Position numbers and translations under genes: made by a program. From contig NC_068994.1 in the NCBI RefSeq assembly GCF_001194135.2, forward strand, positions 8,485,169 to 8,549,168: 64,000 bases of DNA, read 5' to 3'. The notes under the pieces are model-generated. The model was given only the letters and a program-made list of their open reading frames with translations, did not search any database and was not told the origin of the DNA. Source of the stretch: Octopus bimaculoides. Taxonomy: Eukaryota. Positions 23,566 to 37,875 of the stretch are shown one piece after another (positions within the stretch are counted from its first letter, which is position 1; every line of letters begins with the position of its first letter).

Positions 23566-25802
23566 TTTTCACAAAGTACACGTATAGCAGCTTTCACCAA
23601 GCACATCTTTATGTGTCTCTGATATATGCAATCCATGCATATATGTTTCTTTATTAGTTTTCCGTGTTTCTGTGCGAGTGTGAGTGCATATCAATAAAAC
23701 TGTATATGTATCCATATGGTTTGCCTCTATGAATTTATCATTATTATTATTAAGAAAATACCATGTGAGCATTACTCTCTTATTTTGATTGGTTCGTCAT
23801 TATTGTAATTAATATAATTATCAACGTTATTATAGTATTTATCATTATTATTATTATTATTATTAAAGTTTTATTTCAGTAGGAGTAGTAGTTGCAATAG
23901 TATATATATGTAAAAAAGAACTAATTATTCTGTAACTAGCTTTTACGAAATCATAGTTTTTTTTTGTTTTTAGTTTCCTTAGAAATCCGAATAAACTTAA
24001 ATCTAGAGTGTGTTTTCTTTCCAATCTACAATAACTATTTTCCACTGCAAAAGTAATACCGTAAAATAAACTAAGACTAAAACACCATCAAGATTTTAAA
24101 CTATGATTGACCACCACTGAAAAAAATAAAATAGAAAAAATACTCAAAGAAACAAGGCACGCATTACTTATGTGAATCCTAGTATGTAGTTTGATAATGA
24201 ACTTGATAAAATAATACGTATTCTTGTCTACACAACTGCAAATGTTCTATATGAAGATAATTTGACGAAGAATGTAGTGGTAGCAGCAGTAGTAGTAGTA
24301 AAACTGCTCCTGTTATTGAAAACTACGAAGAAAACCAAAACAAAATTCAGTCAACCTATTTTGATTTCATTTAAGATTTTTCGTATTACTTTTGCGCATT
24401 GAAATCTTGCACTGAAGTAGAAAAATAAATAAATGTGTAAATAAATAAACAAATGGATGTCTATTGGCTGATTTTCTATTTTATGAGCTAGTTGTTTTAA
24501 AAAAAAATATAAACGTATCAATTTTAAAAAAATTTTTTTATGTGACTAGATTGATGTCGTGGTCATATAGGAAATCACCCCAAAAACGAAGTGGTTTCTT
24601 CGCGAGACTTTTAAGAAATGTTTAGCAAACTTGCACTAATGATATTTTCAGTTTCTGAAGTTTGTTTCTTTCTGATCTTAATGATGTTACAATCTCAACT
24701 TCTCAAGCCAAAGCCACCGGTATTTTTTTAAAATGATTTAAGAAATACGGGAAACAATTGCTTTAGAATCCTAGAGATAAAAAAAGACAGATTGGCTGTT
24801 AGACAGACAGGTAATGAAATAAAATAATAGATGAATTTAATGATATTCACTGTGTATATATATATTTTCTCAACAGGCAGCTTTAATAAGGGAAGCAAAA
24901 TTTCCGAAACTCGGGCCCCAAATTGAAGCTGCTGCTGCTAATACTACTACTAGAACAACACAAGCACCACCACAATAACAACTACAACAAATTTAAGTAT
25001 AATGATTATAATAACATGCTTAAGTACCGTCGGAAATAATACTTTATATTCGTAAATAAATGTTGATTCTATTATATTTGTATATTTTAATAACACGAAA
25101 CTATGATGTGGAATAGCTCATGTTATCTTATGAGTCTCTGATATATGGGCAAAGCCAAACAAAGCAATGCTGTTTATACCAGAGAAGTGATGATTTCGGT
25201 TAAGAAACCGCCTCTGTAATATGGGACTCTACGATGTAATACTAATGTGAGATTTATAATGAACTTAAGAGTAATTGTTTACATCGCTATAATAACGTTT
25301 CAATTTTGAGATAATAATTAACATCGAGAAATTAATATGCAAAGGAATTCATAACTTTCCGGAAACCATTTCGTATTTTAAGTATAACGCATGAATCTAG
25401 GATAGAAAATCGGGTTACGAAGTTCAGGATGAGTTCCAGAGGGCTTATCATTGCACGGAATAACTTGTGGAATTCTTCAAATGAAGATAATAGTAATTGT
25501 TATAAAGGTTTTTAACGTAAACTGATGACCACAAAAGTTGCTGGAGTGCAAAATAATCGATTATATCGACTTGTTTATATTGATATCTTAATCAACATTG
25601 AGCAACTTCACGCATCGTGAACAATCCTTGTTAACCTTCAGCCCTTTTAAGCATGTTCTTCAAAAATGTACTTAATTCTTGCCAACTACTGATGTATGAT
25701 TCAAAAGGCAAACAATAAAGGTAATAACGATGTTGTTGTTGAGAATGATGATGTTGATGATAAGAAAATAATAACACGACAAACAACAAAGACGAAGAAA
25801 TA

Positions 25803-25852
<50 letters not shown>

Positions 25853-27041
25853 ACAAGTGAAAATTAATTTGCACCTGTTTTATATGCTATAACGTTCGGA
25901 AAAGAAATGCCGAAATACGAAGTGAAAAATTATATAACATTCTAAAGAAAATAAAATAAGATTTGAAGATTGCAAATCTCTCCGTGTGCACAATATTCTC
26001 AATATTAATATACTTTCCCTTCTACTAGTTTGTTTTCCATTAAAAAAAATTACAGTTTGTGATTGCGATATTTTTCCCGACCAAAACAAAAATAGCACAG
26101 CCCATATGTATTTATATTGTCTTTTCGTCGTTAAATTATTATTATTATTATTAGATGTTTTCACATAAATCATGAAATTGAAAGTTTTTTTTTTTTTTGC
26201 TTGTTTGTTTATTATCTAACCTTAAAAACGGTATCACAACGCAGACTTAAATAAAATGAAAGATAGCAATGGCAAAAAATGCGACAACGATGAATATGAA
26301 AACACAAACGATAACAGTCTTTTTTTTTTTTTTTATCTATTTCCCTTATGTAATATGAGTATTTCTGAAAATGTTCATATAGATTTAGAAAAATACACAA
26401 CTAATAAAATACTATTTATTATGCTTCCATTTTATATTCTACTAAATCCGTTTTCCTTCTGATACTTTAGTAAATTTCTTGAAAACGTAAATCGTTTCAA
26501 AAACCTATTACTTGAATTTTATATTTTTCTCATCCTCCATTTTAAATAGATTATAGTTGTTAATATTATTATTATTGTTACAGGATATTACATTATATTT
26601 CAATTATTCTTGTTGTTGTAGCTGTTATTATCATTATTAGTATTATTATCGTTATTATTATCATAGAACTCGTTATTTAAAATTCATGAAATTATTTTTA
26701 TTGCAACGTATATCTAAAAAGAACTATTATTACGTTTTATTCTTAAATAATATTACTATTATTATTATTAGCATCACTTATATTAGTGTTATTGTTGTTG
26801 TAATTATTATTATTCTTCTTATTACTATTATTATTACTCAAGCAGTGTTATATCGTTTTATAAGGTTAAATGTGTTTTTTACTTTCTTTCGGATTTTATG
26901 TTGTGCAATTTTCTCATCTATACGATATAATGTTTTATTATATCTTATTCGAACGATCACGATATCTTCTGTAATACTTGAGGACTAAAACCATGACACA
27001 TAATTGCATATATTTATGTATACATATGTACATACATACTT

Positions 27042-27076
<35 letters not shown>

Positions 27077-28524
27077 GATTAGAACATTTACAATTTGGCT
27101 TGAAATTATATGAATATGATCATATACAGCTTTACGTTTAGGATGTGTGTATGCGTATGTTCATGCATGTGTGTTTGTGTGTGTGTGATTGTATGCGTAC
27201 GTACGTGCACGTGTGTGTGTGTGTGTGTGTAAATTTGCTTCAACAAGTTTGTATGTCGTTGGCTTTTATTCGTTCCCGAGCTATGGACTACGTTGTTAAC
27301 TCAAAAGTTTTCAATGCCGATGTTTCATCCGTTAACTTTGATATAACAATATCGGATACCACCTGCGTGATACCCATAACGCCTTCAGTGTTGATATCGC
27401 GTCGAATTATCCAGTTATTGTGGCGGTCTTTACAGTACAGCACACATTGATGTATAATTGCGTGTCTCGGAGATTCTGGAAAATATAGAAAGCAGAAATG
27501 AAATTAATGCAATGATAGCATCTATGTTCCGTGTTCATATTTTCCTACCATTAACATTAAGGAATAACAACAACGACAACAATAACAACAACAATAATAA
27601 TAATTTCTATTATAATCACAACGCCTGAAATTTTGGGGGAGTGTCTAATTCTATATCATTAATGCATATTTGTTTCGCAACCAGGAATAGCGCAAGCAAC
27701 ACATAGATGGCACTAGTATATTAATGGTAATACAGTATTGAGATTTTGTTTAGATTTTGTCAGTCCCCATGGACACTGAATTTAAGTAACAGTAACCACT
27801 TCATCGATATCACATTTCATTTGCCAAGGATTTCTACTGTATTGTACCAGTAATATACTTATGTTGATTCGAGCTGTATGCCTTAACGACATAACAAACA
27901 TCACAAAAGAATGTAAGTTCTTTCTAGAGCATCTTTTTAAGATCCAGCAGAAAACAGACGCGTTGTCTTCCCCCTACCTAGCCTACGTGAACTTAGCCAA
28001 GTTTAACATGACTGAACCAGACCATGTACAAATCATTGGACAGTTTTTTCATAAAAATGAATTTTTGCTCTTTTTCCCGAAAGATATCTGACTTTTGCCT
28101 AGTGTCATCTTTGTATTTATTTTACGATACAAGTATCTTTCCTGTGATCGTGTCTTGTTCCCATTACTTTCCGGTGGAATGATTCTTCTAGTACCTATTA
28201 TAACCAAGATATCGAGCGGAATTATTTGCTTGTTTCTCTAGTTATTTATTATATTTCTCTGCAAGGTTACAAATAATATATCTCCTTTTTCTCATATCTA
28301 AACCAGCGGAAGCAATGAAGTATAAAGTGATTTTACTAAAATATTACTATAAAGTGAAAAGATCAAAAGTATACGCTTCTGCTTATTCAATAATACATGT
28401 CGAAAAGTTTGTGAAAAGCGAAGTCGATAGAAGGCAGGAGAAAAACTATTGTTCATTTGATTAATTCTTTTTCTTTTTCTAATTTTTGATTTAAAATCCA
28501 ATTTACGCAACAATTTTAGACAAC

Positions 28525-29500
28525 TAGACGTAGATGTTTTGGCCATCTGCGAGGCTAGGATTTCCGAAGCACGTGCTCTCACGCCCATCTTAGAGGACGA
28601 GGTGGAGAACGTGTCTCCAGGGCTTGAAAGGCGGAGCAGCTGTATTTTGGAAACGCCTGGATCTCGCAATGTGAATTATCTTCCTGGAACTAGAGAGTTA
28701 GCCGGAGCTATACTGGACGGGTCCAGTAAAGATCACACGTACCAACTGTTAGCTGTCTACACCCTGCCACAGGTGGTGCGACCAGATTTTATTAGGCGCC
28801 TAGAATCTCATGTGGGAAGCGCCCTGCTCTTCAGTGCTTGTAGGAAACTGGAGCGGCATTTAGATGCCGATAGAAAAGCGTCACAAACTTAGTCTGATTT
28901 ATCAACTGTGTATCAAATACCGACTGGATTTCTCGGATGTGATTTACAGTCCACAAATTTGTAATTTGTACAACCGACGAACACAGGAATAAAAGGTAAG
29001 AACCCCGTTACTGGAACCTGAATACTTTTAGCACGCAAAGACACATGACATTAGATTAGTGAATTAATTCAGCGGGCGTTGATGGGGCTTTCGTTAACAT
29101 CAGTGATTCTCCTTTAAAAGAGCGATTAGAAAGGGGTCGGAGACGGAATAAGGGACTCGAAGGCTTTTGAGAAAGGCACCCCACCAATGTATTGGCAATG
29201 AACCAGTTATTCAACACGAAGTAGAGCGGCGAAGTTGTTAGAATTATGATACATTTTCTGATACACGAAGGAACGAAATCTGTTCGATGGACCCAAGTGG
29301 CAGCGGTGAAACATGGCAACAAAGCTTCTACTGACCATAAGGATCGAACATTGCATCACCCCAAGCAGATGTACACGGCCTTTGCGCTGCACTTCGAGTG
29401 CTGTTGCTAGTAGCGGACCAGAAGTAAAACAGTTTATCAATGCCTTACTTGAGAGCATGTCGTGATTCAGTAACGACCACTGAAATAATGGAAGCGAGAG
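28525..29500 (+). mobile_element. Decayed Tx1/L1-like LINE ORF2 N-terminus (APE endonuclease and linker)
   Basis: VDVLAICEARIS (xxET-like motif), YQLLAVYT, RPDFIRRLE, VGNWSGI (GDWN-like) and PRYWNLNT (GYWKLN-like), with frameshifts and stops. Confidence 0.75.
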
Positions 29501-30484
29501 CAAACTACACAAAGGACCGGTTTGAAGGGTTTATCCTTCGAGTCTTAAGTTTCATGCCCCACATTCTTGGCAAAGATATCAATCACAACCAACAGTAAAA
29601 CAGGACAGTTCTCAGTCTTGAGGTGAAGTAGTGCTGCTGACCAAAAATCCAGATAAAGGAGAACCATGCTGCTAATTTTCGGACTGTAAGTCTTCAAATC
29701 ACAGCCGTCGAGATTTTGGTAAGGGACAAAATGCTAGGCAGCTTCATTCTGAGTTCAAATGTCACCGAGACCGACTTTTTAGTGAATAAAGTACCAGTCA
29801 TGTACTGTGGTCATTTAACGGACTCATTGCGGCCCCTCAAAAGTACTGGCTGGCCTTGTGCAATCATCACCACTACCATCCCTATCATAAATAGATATTA
29901 TCTATCTATCTATCTATATTATGTATGTATGTATGTATGTATCTATCTATCTATCTCTGTCTGCCTCTCTGTCTCTCTCCCTCTCTCTCTCCCTCTCTCT
30001 TTCTCTACATACACACACATACATACTTGCTTATATTCGTACTTGCTTATATATATATATATGCTTACGTATCGAGAAATAGAACTCAAAATATAAGCGT
30101 ATATACTTTAAACTTCTTAATATACAGAAAAGTTTTATACTCACACACACAAACACACAGACATATCTATAAGAACTCTAAACACCATTTTCAGTAGCTT
30201 GAAAAGTAATTACTTTTTCCCTCGACATAAACCTTACTTTCATATTTTACACGCATAGAATTTATGTGAAATATATTAAAGCGACATCGTTTCTCATCAC
30301 TCTTCATAAAAATTCCTTACGCCATTTTACCACAATTGATAGCCACAAATATCGCCATGGCCTTTTTTCTTTCAATACACTCCTATTTTGAAATGCTCCA
30401 TCATATACAATCCTTACTTTAATTCTATATCTTCCTGCATTTCAATTAAGTTTTACACTTGTGAATGCTATCGATTTCAAGTGA

Positions 30485-30680
30485 CTATCTTATGTCTTTT
30501 ATCTTTCGACTTAATGCTTGCTTCAGTCATTGGATCCCAGCCATGCTGGGACACCGCTTAAGCGGTTTTAGTCGAACAAATCGACTTACTTTTATAAAGC
30601 CTGATAGTTATTCTATCAAGCTCTTATGCCGAACCGCTATTTTATGGCGACGTAAACAAACCAACACTTGTTGCCACGCA
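30485..30680 (-). mobile_element. Family B SINE tail, degenerate
   Basis: cttcagtcattgg..gccatgctgggacaccgc..tagtcgaacaaatcgac..gccgaaccgcta..gacgtaaacaaacc. Confidence 0.8.
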
Positions 30681-31325
30681 GCAATGGACGACAAACAGAA
30701 ACGGAAAGATATACTCAGGCGAGTTATTAGTGAAATGGAATCTAGTATAACCTGTTGCTTGGATGGTGGGGCTTCAGTGACTAAACAGGTTACCAAACTG
30801 TGTCTGACGAAGAGCGTTGCTAGAAACCCAGCAGGACTAAAATCAAGACCCGTCAAAAAGATAGATGAAGCTGACGAAGGTTCAACGACTATCTAGGAAT
30901 AGCGTGGGACCTCAGAAATTTCTGGTTGGTGTCAGATGCACAGGGAGCAGACTGCAAGTGAGGCACTCCTTAGCTTGTCTCAAGGAATAGGTCACTCTGA
31001 GACAAAGCCAGATATTCAGGGAATGGCATTGGACATTTGTTGCAGTCTTTTGCTTATGTTTAAGGTCATGGCGCGCCCACATCCTTCAGCCTGCGACCAA
31101 TATTGCCACTAAATATCTTGCCTTGGCTCGTCTCTGGATCATGTCAATAAGTTGGAGAGGGTTTGTGAGGTATTTAAGCCTCGTTGGACCTAAAATTTTA
31201 TGATGTGCAATCGCCGGCGAGGCGACAATCCAAATGTCCAGGAAAATCTAGCAGGGCTCAACATTATGCTTCTCACCAAGTGCAGGGCTATCAACATCTG
31301 TTTTCTGACTTCATTTCTTTTGCCT

Positions 31326-31326
<1 letters not shown>

Positions 31327-31388
<62 letters not shown>
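31327..31388. repeat. (TATC)n tetranucleotide repeat
   Basis: Direct reading. Confidence 0.95.
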
Positions 31389-32439
31389 CCTGTGTGTGTG
31401 CGCGTGTTTGGTGTTTGTTGATGAACTTTAGAAAGCAACAAAACCTTCACATTTTATAGAATGAATAATAATTGGCTTGACTAGGAGTTAGAATTTCGCT
31501 ATTTTTCTGGTTTATTCAACGAATCTAAAGGAAGCGCTTCGTACGTTGGTTTTCGACTCTCTGTCATCGTCTGCTACTTTTTCTCTTTGAGTCCGATGGC
31601 AGTCAGTTTCAATTTCCTGAGTTGATCTTAAAGTAACCATATCACAGATTTCCACTAAGAATATTTAAGACATCCATTATAATACATCCGACGGCTATCT
31701 ATGATATTAGAACTTCGAAAAATTCTTCGTATGACCCCAATTGCATTATTATGGCATGGTCAATTCACCATCCATCAGTAACAAAGAAATAGTATTAATT
31801 TATTCATTTGTTAAAATGCCAATATCTGTTGGGAAAAGATATCTGACAGAAGATTGTTATACGACAAGGAATAGAAAGAAGTCATGTTGCTCCCAGCTTA
31901 ATTTGTAAGAGAAAATATTATATATGACTGGATATTGTTTTATCGACAAGGAGTGGATGGAAGCCAATATCGCTCCCAGCTTACTTTGGGAGCGGATAAG
32001 CGAAACTTTACTGTATATACCGAAAAGATTCCAACTCCAAGTTGCGCTAATAAACTCAAGTTACACTATCTTAAGAATAATTCAGTGATATTATATTAAT
32101 AATAACCTTAATCAAGAAAGATTACAGCTTCAGATGTCAGATGTAAATAAAGAGCTTGTTTTCTTCAACCATTTCATTCCCTGTATAGAATAAACGTGGT
32201 ATATTGATTTTATCTTCTTTTTACTAAACTGTTGAGTAGTTAAGAAGTTTATTTAGAAACCACGGGATCAATCCGACTGTGCAGCGTTATAGCTGTGGGC
32301 CGACCAATGGCTTCTAAGGGAAAGTGTGAAAAGCTGCTCGGAAATATGTGTGTATTGAAAAATAAGTATTACAGTCCTACTCGAAACTTAGGCCCATAAG
32401 GCTGGTTTCTCGGATTCTGTGGCGTATATACGAGTGGGT

Positions 32440-32730
32440 GTTGAAAAGGAATGTACCAGTGAAGACCTCAATAAAATGTAAGTACAACAGACGTGATATA
32501 ATGTTTTGGGATAGAGAAGAGAAATTGAGAACAGCTGAGGAAATTAGCTGCCCAGCGGATGTTAATATAATGCTGAAGAACAGTGAAAAAGAGAACACCT
32601 ATGCTGAACTATTGAGAAATCTGAAGTTACTCAATCCAGGTTACAAGTTCAGGTTTATACCTGTAACTATTGGAGCACTGGAATATGTAACACACTGCCT
32701 AAATACCAATCTTGAGAAATTAGGCTTTTT
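32440..32730 (+). mobile_element. Fragment of a second RLE-type (R4/Dong/NeSL-like) non-LTR element
   Basis: KYNRRDIMFWD..EEISCPADVN..KNSEKENTY..FRFIPVTIGALEY matches the N-RPD-I...(D/E)xxCP-D...EK..Y...IPVxIGALG nuclease signature. Sequence differs from the 2612 and 15395 family. Confidence 0.75.
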
Positions 32731-32897
32731 CCTTGGGGTACCAGATGAACCCACATCATAGCAACAAGTGCAGGTCTGTCCATCTCGCTACTTGGCAGGA
32801 AACGGTTCCAGAAAGGGAAAGCCGGCGAATGAGTTTGAAAGAAACTGCAATCACAGATTGCAGCAAAATCCCAGCCTCTAGATGAAACAAGTATAAG

Positions 32898-32933
<36 letters not shown>

Positions 32934-33802
32934 ATATATATATTGATATTTATATGCACATGTATATATCTGTGTGTGAGTGTTCGCAAGAAGCTTTTCA
33001 TAAGAAAATTAATCTGGGTGCTTTACCCGAATTATTGAATTCTTTATCAGATAATATTTACCTACCATTTATATTTGATATTTATATAAATTTTACAGAT
33101 CAAATTTTACATATATTTATACATACATACTCACACACATACTCATATATATACATTTATATATATTCATAAGTGTTTGTGTACATATTCATATGTTTGT
33201 CTACATATGAATCTATATATGTGTATGTATATCTATATCAATATTTCTTTGCATACTTGTATAGCTGTGAATCTATCTGTATGTATGTATGTATGTATGT
33301 GTGTGTGTGTGTGTATTTATGTATATTTATTATTTACTTAAATTAGAGACTTTCTTCAAAGTGCTATCTCCTTTTGACATCAGCTATGATGTCAACATTA
33401 TCCACTGCTGGAGATATTAACCACGAACAACATTGAAAAATCCGTATCGAGAAAAAGAACTCCAGTTCATTTACAATAATAATAATAATGATAATAATAA
33501 TTTATTATACAGAAGAAGAAACAGAATTGTGGTTGCTTCGGAAACAGTGTAAAAGTTAAATCTTATAGACTATCATGTTTTAAAATCCAGTTTCGATTCT
33601 TGGCTCCAGCCGATTTTCCTAAATTTCTTTTGCGAATAAACTTCAAAAAGATATGGATGTAATAACGCGTCTTAAGTTATGATGATGTTACTAACAGAGA
33701 GAAAGAAGAGAACAGAGTAGAAATGGGATTAGAATCGATGAATTGCGTGCGAATCGGTTGGTAACTTTAACATCTTTAATCTATAGAACATTTCATCAGA
33801 AA

Positions 33803-33904
<102 letters not shown>

Positions 33905-34016
33905 CGAAATGTATAAACACACATATACATAGATACATACATACTTGCGTGTATATATGTACAGTTTTGGTGATGCAAATACAGAAAATAGAATTCAAAG
34001 CATGAGTGTGTGTATG

Positions 34017-34057
<41 letters not shown>

Positions 34058-34200
34058 TCAGAAACTCAACTCTGAGTAGCAGTTTTTTGTGATGTCTTTG
34101 CAGCTTTATTGATAAAGTATATATCACTATATCGATCCCTTGTATGCTAAAAATAGACGTCAAACCGTCTTACTACTAAATCTGCGTTCGCATCTTAGTA

Positions 34201-34336
34201 ACACCGCCTCTTTTAGCAGAAAAAATCGACTCCTGGGCTTATTCTTTGTAAGCCTGGTACTTATTCTATCGGTCTCTTAGGCAAATCCGCTAGGTTACGG
34301 GGATGCAAACACACCAACATCGGTTGTCAAGCGATA
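34201..34336 (-). mobile_element. Family B SINE tail fragment
   Basis: ttattctttgtaagcctggtacttattctatcggtctc..gttacggggatgcaaacacaccaacatcggttgtcaagcga. Confidence 0.85.
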
Positions 34337-35029
34337 ATGGGTACACAGCACTGGTCTTCTCATTTTTTCATTACGTTTTCTTCACTGTTTTATCTTTGAC
34401 TGTCTTGTAAATCAATCCAAAATCTGGCTCGCCGTGTAGCACACCGTCATCATTAAAATATTTGCGAATGCTCAATTTATAGAGCTGTGCTTGCGTGTTC
34501 TCGTGGAGTGAACTTTTTTCTTGTGTTTTACAAACTTTTTCCTTTCGCTCCTTGATCTTCTGATTCTCCTTTTGATCGTATTGTCCGTAAAAGACAGCCA
34601 CCAGATCCTAGACCTTTCACGTACTAGCTAGCATCTTATGTAGATGAGATTCGATACCTATGCTTCGGCAGCTTTTGTTTCTAGGAATGAAGAGAGGGTG
34701 ATCGCCTCTACCATTTCGGAAGATGTACCTGGCATCATCTTATGGACAGTAGCATCTGTTGTTCGTATTGCTGTTGTTGACGTTATTAATGTTGTTGTTG
34801 TCCCCCATGTTTTCTAGTTTTTCGAAGAAGAACGCACTCTACCGCGTCTTACTAGCGCAAGTTTAACAGTTGGACGGAATATTGACCCTACAAAACTAGC
34901 CTTATGGCTCTTCCCTGCCCCCACTTTTATTGTACTGTCTTGCTTGTATATGTACTGTCCCTTCTATATTCAACCCTCATTCCCGTGGGCAATAACGAAT
35001 TCGTTGTTACAATCATTTTTGATTGAGTT

Positions 35030-35244
35030 GATCGCGAATTTTGCTTGTGCGTTGTTCGCGAGGTTCATCAGCTCCAGAACTCCCGATTTTTATGTTACCG
35101 GAATAAACAAACTTGTAACTCGTTGGCAAAAATGTGTTGATTGTAATGGTACTTAATTTGATGAACAAAATTTCCGCATTGTTGAAATACATTGTTATGA
35201 ATCTCGTGTTACAAAACGTTGCTTACTTTTTACTCAGCTTGATA
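35030..35244 (+). mobile_element. Mariner transposon 3' end (transposase C-terminus and right TIR)
   Basis: FARFISSRTPDFYVTGINKLVTRWQKCVDCNGT matches the mariner FYxxGIxKLxxRWxKCVxxNG motif. It is followed by a TIR-like ttacaaaacgttgcttactttttactcagcttgata and then TA. Confidence 0.85.
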
Positions 35245-36523
35245 TATACAGTAATCACGTTCTAAAACCTCCCACAGAAATAATTAAGATCTAAAAAATA
35301 TAAATACCTTTCGGCCGCAGAAACTCGCGATATAAATTTACATATATTAGCCAGAAAAATCCGCGATGTACCGAGCAGTGCGTGATAGATGAACCGCGAT
35401 ATGGTGAGGATTACTGTAATATATTTGTGTGTGTGTGTGTGTGTGTATGTTTGTGCATATGTATGCGCGTGTTGCACGTACGTGAGAGTGTGCTTATATT
35501 TGTGTTTGTGTGCTTGCCTGAGTGCGTGTGTATATATATATATGTGTCTGTGTTTGAGTCCACACGTATTCGCTTCTATTTCCACGCGTGTATGTGCACA
35601 TATCAATTGCTTTGTCTTCCCTATATGCACATGCATGTGTTTGTATGTGTGTGTGTGTGTGTGTCTGTGCGTATTGCGTGTGCCTGGGCGTAAGTCTACA
35701 CGCGTTTGCGTCTATCTCCACGCAGTTCTGTGTGTCTGAATGTATCTGTTGCTAGGTCTTCTCTTTACACACTCGTGTGTGCGTGTGCTCGTGCGCGTGC
35801 GTGTGTGTCCAAGGGAACGTGATTATGAATAAATAATCTTGATTTTGCCGATACATGACGATACATCACTGATTGGCTCTGGAAGCAAAGAAACAATGAT
35901 AACATGATCTCTTAACACCAGAATACATTAGAAAATGATATGAAACCGAAGTGTTGCTTTCATCGGTGTCAACGAATCTATTCTGCAGAGTTGTCAGTGA
36001 ATGCGTAAGTGTTTGAGCGCTAGGGGTGAATGTTTGTGACAGATGAACAAGGTCAGAGTTTAGAAATTGTATAACGTATATTAATAAGAAAAAAAACAGC
36101 AACAAACAAAACAAGACAAAAGAAAAAACAAAACACGCATACAAGGTTCAAGTATATGGCTCCAATTTCAAACTTTTCACCTTGTCGATAGAAATCACGC
36201 CCTCTCCCATTAGGAATACACACATACACATACATACACACGCACGCATATAATGTATTATATATTTATATAGTATGATTTAAATTTTAAATTTGCCAAT
36301 GTGTATCTAAATATTTTATAAAGTTTCCTGTCTTAATTTGTTACACACACACATACACACACACATGTGAGAAAAGACGATTAAAATCCGATTTTTGTTC
36401 TCATAAAGCCCCTCTACGAATCCCTGCTATCTATCGCATGTATGTAAATGTTTTACCTTTACGAAGAAAACTATTCGTATAAGGTGAAATTTCTGGTTAA
36501 GTATATTCAAAATTGGATCAAGG

Positions 36524-36756
36524 GTCCTTCCCTAGTCATAGGCTCGTAAGGTCGGTTTGCTGGATTCTGTGGCGAATATACATCCTCCCTGGACGGGACT
36601 CCAGTCCGTCGCAGGTTAACTCATTTTTATCAATTGAGTGAACTGGAACAATGTAAAATGAAGTGTATTGCGCATGAACACAACGCGTTTCCGGTCTAGG
36701 AATCGGAACCCTCATCTTACGATCATGAGAGCAACAAGCAAGCCATGCATCTCCAT
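36524..36756 (-). mobile_element. Family E tRNA-headed SINE
   Basis: Homologous to 57516-57722 (aatgagt..gactggagtcccgtcc; cacaacgcg; gaatcggaacc..cttacgatcatg). A tail fragment also occurs at about 32390-32430. Confidence 0.8.
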
Positions 36757-36873
36757 AGTCGAGTATAAAAACCGCAGACTATTTTATATAACATATGGTT
36801 ACTAAATAATGTATGTATGAATATTTATATTATGAATCCATTACATTCATGTTACTATATATATCTGTGTGAG

Positions 36874-37090
36874 GGCGACGAGATGGCAGAATTGTTAGCA
36901 TGTTGGAAAAAAAAATAATTAGCTGCATTTTGTCCGTTTTTACGTTCTGAGTTCAAATCCAAACGAGGTAGACTTTGCCTTTCATTTTTTTAGGGTCGAT
37001 AAAATAAGTACCAGTTGAGCACTGGGGTCGATGTATTCAATTGTCTTCCTTCCCTCAAACTTGCAGGCTTTGTGATAAAATTTGAAATCA
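36874..37090 (+). mobile_element. Family A SINE
   Basis: tggcagaattgttag (box A) and gagttcaaatcc (box B), core gactttgcctttcat..gggtcgataaaataagtaccag, tail ttgtgataaaatttgaaatca. Confidence 0.9.
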
Positions 37091-37205
37091 GTAACTGTGC
37101 TCATAAAATATATTTTTTCTGTTAATGAAACAATAGTAACTACAAAATTAAAAATATCATAAATTCAAGTCTTTGTTTTAGTATATATACATACATACAT
37201 ACATC

Positions 37206-37331
37206 GCTAGCCACAAAACCTTTTTCTATTTTCTCTCTCTGTTTTTTTTCTGTGTTCCTCCCCGTTGAAGAGCGTAGGCTCGAAACGTAAAAGACTTTCT
37301 CACTTCCCGAACATTAAACTAATACACACCT
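37206..37331 (+). mobile_element. Penelope-like terminal-repeat fragment containing a hammerhead-like motif (37255-37294)
   Basis: Aligns with 53188-53365 and runs into an N gap. Confidence 0.6.
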
Positions 37332-37579
37332 NNNNNNNNNNNNNNNNNNNNNNNNNNNNNNNNNNNNNNNNNNNNNNNNNNNNNNNNNNNNNNNNNNNNN
37401 NNNNNNNNNNNNNNNNNNNNNNNNNNNNNNNNNNNNNNNNNNNNNNNNNNNNNNNNNNNNNNNNNNNNNNNNNNNNNNNNNNNNNNNNNNNNNNNNNNNN
37501 NNNNNNNNNNNNNNNNNNNNNNNNNNNNNNNNNNNNNNNNNNNNNNNNNNNNNNNNNNNNNNNNNNNNNNNNNNNNNNN

Positions 37580-37616
<37 letters not shown>

Positions 37617-37654
37617 TTCTACAGTTCCCTTTAAACTTAATCTTGCAACAATTT

Positions 37655-37875
37655 AAGGCGGTGAGCTAGTAAAATCGTTAGCAGACCGGACAAATGTTTA
37701 GCCGCATTTCGTCCGTCTTTAGGTTCTGAGTTCAAATTCCGCCAAGGTCGATTTTGCTTTTCAACTACCTTGGGGTCGATAGAATAAGTGCCAGTTGAGC
37801 ACAGGAGGCGAAGTAATCCATTTGACCCCTTCCCCCCAAATTTCTGGTCTTGTGCCAAAATTTGAAATCAATATT
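37655..37875 (+). mobile_element. Family A SINE
   Basis: Same head, core and tail as 36874-37090. Confidence 0.9.

Noticed and set aside
34371-34740. Possible Tx1-like C-terminal remnant on the minus strand
   Set aside because: Similarity too weak to support by eye.
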